A DNA stretch of 12,489 nt from Promethearchaeota archaeon (lineage in GTDB: Archaea; Asgardarchaeota; Thorarchaeia; Thorarchaeales; Thorarchaeaceae): NCBI GenBank assembly GCA_027031765.1, contig JALVPN010000129.1, forward strand, positions 1-12,489, given 5' to 3'. Position 1 is the first letter of the stretch; every line of letters begins with the position of its first letter. The notes beneath the pieces are model-generated. The model searched no databases. It was not told the origin of the DNA and saw nothing but the letters and a program-made list of their open reading frames with translations. A program made the position numbers and the translations under genes. Positions 1 through 6,461 of the stretch are shown here, piece after piece.

Positions 1-93
1 GTTTTCTACACCTCTGTACCTGCAGCGATAGTAGCCGTTCCAGATGCTCCAAGACCTACACCTTCCATCTATGTGTCGAAATGGGGTTGATTG

Positions 94-110
94 TGGCAGT
101 GCACAGTGTG
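94..110 (+). repeat. 17-bp motif TGGCAGTGCACAGTGTG, copy 1
   Basis: Exact reverse complement of 12342-12358. Confidence 0.9.
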
Positions 111-432
111 CTCCATGACCCCATCTTTACGGTCATTGACCGGGCCAACTGTACGTTGTTCCTATGTTGTCGACACACAGCCCCTGACCTACGAAGACCA
201 GTCCCAATGGCACACGTATGAGCACGGTGGGAATATTGCTGGGCCCGGTCCCGGAACAGGAGCTAGACCGGCTGGGCACAGTGGTCGACAGGTAGGTGCG
301 ACATCAGGCATCCCGGAAATGGTGGGTTCGGCCCACACAGTGTTGGTGTGCTGATACTTGGCACCAGCGTCGTTGCATATGGTCTGGGATACTAGCAGCG
401 TAGGGCACACTGTCGTGCGAGACCCACACTCT

Positions 433-448
433 GCAAATGTTCATATAC
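433..448 (+). promoter_or_regulatory. Possible BRE/TATA promoter of the 205-aa gene
   Basis: gcaaatgTTCATATAcg about 40 nt upstream of the TTG at 486; AT-rich island in GC-rich DNA. Imperfect match to the archaeal TATA consensus. Confidence 0.3.
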
Positions 449-485
449 GCATCCTACAACTAGTGCATGCCTGGGGTGTACACTG

Positions 486-1103
486 TTGTCCCTCCCTTCT
501 GCGCCAGACGAGTCACGGGCAGACGTTGAAAAGCTCATAGTGCAAGCGTTCGGCCACTCCATAATCGAGTTCGAAGCAGTACTCTTCCACAAGTTCCTGA
601 TCTTGGCTGGCCCCGACTCTGTGATGACGCAAGAGATGTTCAGAGGGTATCTTGCCAGCATGCAGTCCAAGGGCTTTGTATCGCCCCTTGAGTTCATGGG
701 CAAGCCCGCATGGAAACGCCTTGTTATCGACACCGACACTGTTGTCATAGAACCGTCATCTGCTGGACAGCCGGCCCCGGCAGCCGAGGTGCACCGCCCG
801 ACCACTCCGGTGGCACCCGCTGTGCCCGAGAGGCTAGTCACAGAGTCGCGTGCCATCGCCCGTGATATTATCACGTTCCTCAAGTCGCGGTCTCCCGACG
901 GGGAGTTGACACCCGAGATGCGACACTCGCTCCGCCTCCATGCTGAGAAGATGCGACGGGCCCTGTCCGTTTCCCGGGACGAGTTCATGAACTATGTGGA
1001 AGAACACCTCCCGTCCCTCCTACCGCGCCTTGAGCAGCTCCTCAACACAAAGGGCGAGGACATACTCCTGCTAGGTCTGCGGATGGTGGAGATTGGCCAG
1101 TAG
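486..1103 (+). CDS. Hypothetical protein, 205 aa: probable N-terminal winged-helix domain, Pro/Ala linker, C-terminal helical domain
   Basis: Long ORF with natural globular composition and a PAPAAEVHRPTTPVAPAVP linker. The pattern QEMFRGYLASMQSKGFVSPLEFMGKPAWK resembles a recognition helix plus wing. TTG start uncertain; no family recognised. Confidence 0.75.
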   Translation: MSLPSAPDESRADVEKLIVQAFGHSIIEFEAVLFHKFLILAGPDSVMTQEMFRGYLASMQSKGFVSPLEFMGKPAWKRLVIDTDTVVIEPSSAGQPAPAAEVHRPTTPVAPAVPERLVTESRAIARDIITFLKSRSPDGELTPEMRHSLRLHAEKMRRALSVSRDEFMNYVEEHLPSLLPRLEQLLNTKGEDILLLGLRMVEIGQ

Positions 1104-1162
1104 TCCTACACTCACCACGTACCGGATGGCTGACAGGACTTCCGGATAGTGACCAGTATTGT

Positions 1163-1202
1163 CCTCTCATCCGAGCCCTCCACATCCTCGCACCTCTCTT
1201 TT
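1163..1202 (+). terminator. Possible pyrimidine-rich terminator of the 205-aa gene
   Basis: C/T-rich tract ending cctctctttt (1193-1202), 60-100 nt after the stop. Archaeal termination generally uses U-rich tracts. Confidence 0.3.
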
Positions 1203-1310
1203 GGGCCGCCCACTCCATGACCGCGAGGACTGCTCGGTGTGGCCTCAAGTCCCACTGCAGCACACTGTTACCACACATCTCCACTGGACGGGGCCTGAGA
1301 CACACGCACC

Positions 1311-2225
1311 CTACACCAGGATGGTGCCCTCCACCACGGTGACGGCAGTACCGCTCACCCGCACCTGCCGGATCTCGTTCTGGTCACCGTGCACCTCAAC
1401 GAACACCTTCCCGGGCCTGCCCACAAAGTACCCCTGTTCAACAATGATGCTCGTGACCGGTATTGTGGAGTCCATTAGCCCATGCTTGACCACGTAGCTT
1501 GCAGCAGTGGCCGCTGCAGTCCCTGACACAGCGTCCTCCATGACACCAATTCCCGGTGCAAAAGTCCTCAGGTGGACATCGGATGTCTCCTCCACGGTCT
1601 CCCTTGTGAACACGATGATGCCGTCGTACTCTCTGTCGTGTCCTAGGTCGAGGAGTCGCCTCCAGTCCGGGTCGATGCGTTCCAGCGCCCTCCTGGTGGC
1701 CACAGGTAGTACCAAGTGTGGACTGCCGGTCAACACCACCTGTACCGGGTTGGGTGACAGTATGTCCGCGAGTGACAGGCCCAGACCCTCAGCATAGTCC
1801 TTGGGGTCGTACGAATCGCCAAAGGAGGGGCTTTCGTAGGTCACTTGCACCTCGTGAAGACCTGACGACTCGTTTCTCACAACCTCAGCATGGATGACCT
1901 TCGGCCCGACTTCGAGGCTCAACTCGGTGATGTCGGTGACAAGTTCAACCATCCCTTCCTCCACCAGGGCGTGGAGGGCAGCCACGGTCGCGTGTCCGGA
2001 GAACCCTATTTTCCTCTGGTGTGTCCAGTACCTCAGGTGCCAGTCGGCCACTGCAGACCGTGACACGAATACGGTCTCATGAGAGCTGAGCTCGTACGCA
2101 ATCCGGCGACAGTCGTCCTCATCGAGCTGGTCCGCCGCTAGGACCACGGCAGCCGGGTTGCCACCGTATGGTTGGTCTGTGAAGGCATCGACCTGTAAGA
2201 CCCTGAGCTTTCCACGATAGACCAT
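1311..2225 (-). CDS. phzF: PhzF-family (DAP-epimerase fold) isomerase/epimerase, 304 aa
   Basis: Family motifs VDAFTDQPYGGNPAAVV, HETVFV, FSGHAT, RTFAPGIGVMEDAVSGTA and QGYFVGRPG; full length. No other phenazine genes in the window, so the symbol denotes the family only. Confidence 0.93.
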   Translation of the reverse strand: MVYRGKLRVLQVDAFTDQPYGGNPAAVVLAADQLDEDDCRRIAYELSSHETVFVSRSAVADWHLRYWTHQRKIGFSGHATVAALHALVEEGMVELVTDITELSLEVGPKVIHAEVVRNESSGLHEVQVTYESPSFGDSYDPKDYAEGLGLSLADILSPNPVQVVLTGSPHLVLPVATRRALERIDPDWRRLLDLGHDREYDGIIVFTRETVEETSDVHLRTFAPGIGVMEDAVSGTAAATAASYVVKHGLMDSTIPVTSIIVEQGYFVGRPGKVFVEVHGDQNEIRQVRVSGTAVTVVEGTILV

Positions 2226-2258
2226 GAAAGACGCCCGCGTAGACCAGTACCGGACTCC

Positions 2259-2266
2259 TAATTAAA
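2259..2266 (-). promoter_or_regulatory. TATA box of the PhzF-family gene
   Basis: TTTAATTA on the minus strand about 35-40 nt upstream of the ATG at 2225, implying a short leader. Confidence 0.6.
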
Positions 2267-2300
2267 GGGTGGTATGTGCCCCACAACCAGGGGCCGTACA

Positions 2301-2328
2301 AGACAGGACAAGGACAGACAGGACAAGG
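2301..2328. repeat. 13-bp direct repeat AGACAGGACAAGG x2 (2301-2313, 2316-2328) in a purine-only/pyrimidine-only-biased tract
   Basis: Read directly from the sequence; period 15 nt. Confidence 0.85.
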
Positions 2329-2337
2329 GGGATGGGG

Positions 2338-2452
2338 TGGCAGGCGCGCGGGAAATCGTGGTATTCCCCGGCAGCGGGGTAATCCCGCGACCTGGAGGGG
2401 GGAGTTTCGTAATTGAGGGCATGTAACGAAAAACCAGCCCACGCACCTGCCA
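2338..2452 (-). ncRNA. Putative structured non-coding RNA (115-nt three-way junction), family unknown
   Basis: 15-bp closing stem TGGCAGGTGCGTGGG / CCCGCGCGCCTGCCA with two G-U pairs on the minus strand (C-A mismatches on plus). Arm 2392-2437 has CTGG/CCAG and TTTCGT/ACGAAA stems; arm 2356-2390 has an apical CCCCG/CGGGG stem. Upstream TATA and downstream pyrimidine tract. Confidence 0.6.
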
Positions 2453-2506
2453 TTGTTACTTACAGCTGTTACATCTTGTAGCTCTAACCCACACTCGTGG
2501 GGGCGG

Positions 2507-2520
2507 CTTATTAAGGTTTG
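2507..2520 (-). promoter_or_regulatory. BRE/TATA upstream of the structured element
   Basis: caaacCTTAATAAg on the minus strand, similar in layout to caaagGTTATATt before tes. No convincing CDS lies directly downstream. Confidence 0.55.
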
Positions 2521-2711
2521 TCCAACCTGCACACCATGTCCATGCACCGACCGGGCTATTGCTGTAGTGTGGGGCCCATGTCGTCGTGCCCCTCGACAAG
2601 GGGTCTGTGCCCAACAATATATGCTCCTACTTTCTCTCCAGCCCACTATACCTGATGCCCACGGCCAACCGATACCGTCCGGAGCAGTCGTCCCTGTTCT
2701 GTGCGGACGCT

Positions 2712-3158
2712 TCATAGTGGTCGGAGGAGCCACAGCTTTCTGCTCTCAGACAGCACCATCAGCAACGAGACCGCACACAGGCCGTAGAACATCAGGTCGC
2801 GTGGGCCCGGTGGGCACTCGGCGAACAGGGCTATGTAAGCCACCAGCATGCCCGCGATGAACGTCGCGAGGAACAGGAACCTTGGGAGGAGTGTCCTGCC
2901 CACCCTGATGAACAGGGACAGTGACCCAATACGGACGTCTCGTGCCACAGAGTAGTTGCCATGTGCATCCTTGCTGACTAGACCCATCTCCACGAGTTTC
3001 GTGAGGTGATGCAGGGCGAGATTGGGACTCGAATAGCCGAGCTCCCTCTGCACCTCTCGTACCCCCATCGAGTCGCGTGTGAGAAGAAGTGCGTAGACGC
3101 TCATTGTACGTCCCCTGAGGAGGTCTGCAATGGCCTCCTTGTCCAGTCCTTCGCTCAT
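2712..3158 (-). CDS. Membrane-anchored winged-helix transcriptional regulator, 148 aa (N-terminal wHTH plus two C-terminal TM helices)
   Basis: MGVREVQRELGYSSPNLALHHLTKLVEMGLVSKDAHGNYSV is an archaeal ArsR-like wHTH, followed by hydrophobic FLFLATFIAGMLVAYIALFA and LMFYGLCAVSLLMVL. ATG 3158 chosen over 3257 because GGTGA lies 7 nt upstream. Confidence 0.88.
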   Translation of the reverse strand: MSEGLDKEAIADLLRGRTMSVYALLLTRDSMGVREVQRELGYSSPNLALHHLTKLVEMGLVSKDAHGNYSVARDVRIGSLSLFIRVGRTLLPRFLFLATFIAGMLVAYIALFAECPPGPRDLMFYGLCAVSLLMVLSESRKLWLLRPL

Positions 3159-3402
3159 CACGTTGTCACCGTGTTGATGTACTGTTCTTGCAGCCCAGCC
3201 TGTTAACCATTGCCATCCACTGGTAGTGTCCATCAAGCGGTCGTACAGTACCGACACTAGAGTCCCAGTGCCCGGCGGCTGTCAGGGTAGGTGGCGACCG
3301 CCATGCCTGTCCGAGTGCTGGTGTGAAAGTCCTGTCGTGAGGGTGTGGGGCCGGGAGGGGCCCCGGTTCTTGGTGCCCTCCGATGGACACTCTGGTGCCC
3401 GT

Positions 3403-4203
3403 CTATGTCACAGGGTACGGCACGTTCTCGGTCGTGACATCGTACAGCATGGACAGGAACCCCTCAAGGTGTCCGTCCTCCTGTAGCCAGTAGACCTGCT
3501 CGCTGAGGCTCTCTATTGCAGGCCACCCCTCGTCGGTGAAGGTCTGGGACCACGTCCCGTTGCGGATTATGACGAGGTTCTGCGTCGCGACAAAGCCCAG
3601 CTCGAACATTGTGCCGTCGTCAAAGCATATCTCAAGGAAGAGGGTGATTGATGACAGCCCAAAGCTCCATATGTCGGTGCCTGGGGGTGGCGGGTCTGTT
3701 GCATCCGGCATCAGCTTGATACCATCGTCCACGAGGGCACCGCCCAGAGCCTCGTAGGTCGCGCTCTCAATACGCGCCACGCCAGTGAGGTTGGCATAGT
3801 AGGGTGCAAAGAAGAGCCGGATGTAGTCCCCAGTACCGTTGCTGAACATGGACAGGCCGTCGACATACGCCCCCGGATGGGTCTGCCGATAGAACTCGGT
3901 CAAGTTGCTGTTCACAAAGGTGCAGTTGCAGCTCCAGTAGAACACGATATCGTCACGACGACTGTTGAGGTACTGTGCTGCAAGGGCTCCGTATCCTCCT
4001 GACGGCCCGGTCGTTGTCGTTGTTGTTGTCGTTGTTGTCGTTGTTGCCGTTGTCGTTGTGCTTGTCGTTGTGATCCCCGTACCGTTGTTTCTTGGCATAT
4101 TTGAGACCCATGCAACGCCGGCGATGAGGCCGGCCGCTACGACAATCCCTATGACGACCGACAGGGTGAGTGTCCTTGTCACACTGCCATTGTATTCCTT
4201 CAT
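3403..4203 (-). CDS. Membrane-anchored surface glycoprotein with Thr-rich linker, 266 aa
   Basis: N-terminal TM/signal anchor (LSVVIGIVVAAGLIAGVAWV), 19 Thr in a 21-residue linker, six N-x-S/T sequons after the anchor. ATG 4203 has GAGGTGA 8 nt upstream; GTG 4215 is an alternative start. Confidence 0.88.
   Translation of the reverse strand: MKEYNGSVTRTLTLSVVIGIVVAAGLIAGVAWVSNMPRNNGTGITTTSTTTTATTTTTTTTTTTTGPSGGYGALAAQYLNSRRDDIVFYWSCNCTFVNSNLTEFYRQTHPGAYVDGLSMFSNGTGDYIRLFFAPYYANLTGVARIESATYEALGGALVDDGIKLMPDATDPPPPGTDIWSFGLSSITLFLEICFDDGTMFELGFVATQNLVIIRNGTWSQTFTDEGWPAIESLSEQVYWLQEDGHLEGFLSMLYDVTTENVPYPVT
4009..4071 (-). repeat. (ACA/ACG)n trinucleotide microsatellite encoding the poly-Thr linker
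   Basis: Codons read directly: TTT-S-TTTT-A-T12, almost all ACA or ACG. Confidence 0.9.
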
Positions 4204-4216
4204 CTCGGGTCTCACC

Positions 4217-4477
4217 TCATGCGTTCCTTGTGTCTGCTATTGCGCCAACAATGACGGTCCTGAGCCCGATGGCCAGTATCAGGACGGCAATGAACATCAT
4301 GAGCCCGACAGTCACAGTCACTCCCACGAAAACAGGTAGGTGGCCTATGGTACCGGCCTGGTGCAGTCCGAGGAAAGACCACAGCAACAGGCTGAATGCC
4401 GCAACTGCCACCACTGCGCCCACTGCCATCTCCAACGGGCCAAGGAGCCAGCGCATTGTCATTCCTTCTGAAGACAT
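4217..4477 (-). CDS. Small membrane protein, 86 aa, two predicted TM helices
   Basis: Two ~22-residue hydrophobic segments; fills the gap between neighbours with 6-nt and 13-nt spacing. Start could also be 4462 or 4456. Confidence 0.75.
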   Translation of the reverse strand: MSSEGMTMRWLLGPLEMAVGAVVAVAAFSLLLWSFLGLHQAGTIGHLPVFVGVTVTVGLMMFIAVLILAIGLRTVIVGAIADTRNA

Positions 4478-4483
4478 GTTCCA

Positions 4484-4678
4484 TCAGATAGTACGTGTCC
4501 CTGTACTTGCTTTAGTCAACTCATTGTACGGCCTGTCCAAAGGGTTGTACACTGTGGCTACAACAAGGTGTCCATGACCTGGTGCCCATAGCGCTATGAT
4601 ACACTGTCGGGGATGTCCGGGTTGGAGGGACATGGGGGTCTCAATGACCCCCACGCCACTGTACATGGTTGTGCTCAC
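4484..4678 (-). CDS. Small hypothetical protein, 64 aa
   Basis: GTG start overlaps the tes stop (GTGA, 4 nt) and the stop lies 6 nt before the next ATG, typical of translational coupling. Only a faint resemblance (LVVATVYNP) to DUF4258-like C-termini. Confidence 0.55.
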   Translation of the reverse strand: MSTTMYSGVGVIETPMSLQPGHPRQCIIALWAPGHGHLVVATVYNPLDRPYNELTKASTGTRTI

Positions 4679-6318
4679 TCTGAACCATACGGCCGTGATA
4701 TGCTGTCCTCTTCGACCTGCGTGGGCCTGTGCCGTTCACGCCACTCATCGATTGTGATGCTGAACTTCTCCTCTACCCGCGACCTGTGGATTGTGTTCAT
4801 GGTGCAGAAGGGGACAATCCGCCCGTCCGGCACCGCATAGTTGATGTCACAGTGCTGCACTCTCTCCAGGTCAAAGTTGAAGGGGTCCTGGAAGTGCATC
4901 ATGCCAATCATTATCACGCGCCGCATGAGCTTTGCAAGGGACTCGTAGTCGCCCCGGTTCAGGAAGGCCACCAGCAGGTCCTTCATGATGCCCTTCCGTT
5001 TGATGAACCTGATCCCAGCGGCCAGCTTTGCCTTGGCCCGCTTCCGTGCATACCTCTTGTGGTCTGCAAACATGTTTGAGATGTCCGTGAAGAGCTGCAG
5101 GAACCTGTCCACATCAATCAGGTTCGTTATCGGCTCATAGCTGCCGTCCTCATTGACATAGATGAATGTCGCCATGCCACAGGCAAAGTGACTGCTCAGT
5201 TCGAGTTCTGGAGTCCCCTTTATCAGGCCGAGGCCACGCCCAACAGGCATCATCGCGGGCACCGGGTACCACTCCGAGGCCGGCACCTTCCCGCCAGTCT
5301 GCTCCTCGATGAGGTGGATCACATCAGGGATTGTAATCCGCATCTTCTTGCGGGCCTCGTAGTCAATCCTGCCAGTGATACTGACCGGTTGGAAGTTCAC
5401 ACACCTGATGACATCGCGGTTCTCAACGGCAAACTCGATGATCTTACCCACCTGGTCGTCATTGACACCCCTCACCACTGTGGGTACGAGCACAATGGAC
5501 TCCATCCCGAGCTCCCGTGCGTTCTGGATTGCCTGCTTCTTGACGTCCAGCAGGTTTCTTCCCCTGGCAACAATGTAGGGGTCTGGTGTGACGCCATCAA
5601 ACTGCATGTAGACCGTGGACAGGCCGGCATCGAGGAGCTCCTTCAGGTACTCCTTGCTCTTGCCAATCCTGATGCCGTTGCTTGCAATCTGGACGTGCTT
5701 GAAGCCGAGCTCCTTTGCCCACCGGATGTACTGTGGCAGGTGCTTGCTCACAGTGGGCTCGCCACCAGCAAACTGGAGGGCTGGTGCAGGGACTGGGAGG
5801 TTCCGCCGGAGGTTCTTCATCATCTCAAGCACCTCCTCTGGCGTTGGCTCGTACACTGTCCCGCCCTCAGCAGCCACGGCGAAACAGATCGGACACCTGA
5901 GGTTACAGCGGTTGGTCACATCAATCAGTGCAAGGGCCGTGTGCGACTTGTGCTGTGGGCACTGGCCACAGTCGTTCGGGCACCCGTCGACCGTTTCTGT
6001 CCGTGGGTTGTCAAGGCCCACGCTCTTGTACCACCACTGCTGGGCCCTCTTGAACATCTCGACGTCGCCCCAGTAGACATCTATGAACTCCCCGTGCTTC
6101 TCACAGGTCTTCTTGTACATGACCTTCCCGTCTTCCTCGTACAGGGTCGCATCTATCACATGCACCACATTGTCCGTCAAGAAACACTCCGGACATATCG
6201 ACTGTGTTGTATAGGGCAGCTCGCGCACGGGATAGTTCTCCACACGGTACCGCTCAATTTCCTTGCTCTTGTAGTCGTGCGCGACCGGCTGCTCAGGAAT
6301 ACGTGTCACTTGTTCCAT
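4675..6318 (-). CDS. tes: Tetraether lipid synthase (Tes / GDGT-MAS, MJ0619 family) radical SAM enzyme, 547 aa
   Basis: N-terminal metal site QSICPEC...KTCEKHG; auxiliary cluster motif GCPNDCGQCPQHKSHT; radical SAM CNLRCPIC (5884-5907); QFAGGEPT; VNFQPVSITGR; C-terminal HFACG...QDPFNFDLERVQHC...PDGRIVPFC. GAGGT RBS upstream. Confidence 0.9.
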   Translation of the reverse strand: MEQVTRIPEQPVAHDYKSKEIERYRVENYPVRELPYTTQSICPECFLTDNVVHVIDATLYEEDGKVMYKKTCEKHGEFIDVYWGDVEMFKRAQQWWYKSVGLDNPRTETVDGCPNDCGQCPQHKSHTALALIDVTNRCNLRCPICFAVAAEGGTVYEPTPEEVLEMMKNLRRNLPVPAPALQFAGGEPTVSKHLPQYIRWAKELGFKHVQIASNGIRIGKSKEYLKELLDAGLSTVYMQFDGVTPDPYIVARGRNLLDVKKQAIQNARELGMESIVLVPTVVRGVNDDQVGKIIEFAVENRDVIRCVNFQPVSITGRIDYEARKKMRITIPDVIHLIEEQTGGKVPASEWYPVPAMMPVGRGLGLIKGTPELELSSHFACGMATFIYVNEDGSYEPITNLIDVDRFLQLFTDISNMFADHKRYARKRAKAKLAAGIRFIKRKGIMKDLLVAFLNRGDYESLAKLMRRVIMIGMMHFQDPFNFDLERVQHCDINYAVPDGRIVPFCTMNTIHRSRVEEKFSITIDEWRERHRPTQVEEDSISRPYGSE

Positions 6319-6388
6319 GTCTATCGACCTCTGTCTTCCATACCACCACTGGGTGGAGTAGGTACCCCATAGCTGGCCTGCGGCCGCC

Positions 6389-6402
6389 GAATATAACCTT
6401 TG
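6389..6402 (-). promoter_or_regulatory. BRE/TATA promoter of the tes operon
   Basis: caaagGTTATATTc on the minus strand about 75 nt upstream of the tes ATG, implying a ~50-nt leader. Confidence 0.6.
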
Positions 6403-6461
6403 TCCGATGTTTCCGAGTATGATTGTTGAGCATTCGTATACGCATGTCCGGTGCCGTAGGA

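Noticed and set aside
2338-2452. Calling the structured element 5S rRNA, tRNA(Sec), SECIS or a cobalamin riboswitch
   Set aside because: No T-loop or anticodon arm, no AGUA loop E or CCGAAC loop C, no AUGA/GA core, and only scattered riboswitch-like words.
2262-2453. 63-aa minus ORF starting at the 5' end of the structured element
   Set aside because: No RBS, atypical composition, and its hydrophobic tail is simply the translated repeat. Kept only as an alternative to test by Ribo-seq.
5188-6372. 394-aa + strand ORF antisense to tes
   Set aside because: Codon-register shadow of a real GC-rich gene; no motifs, RBS or promoter.
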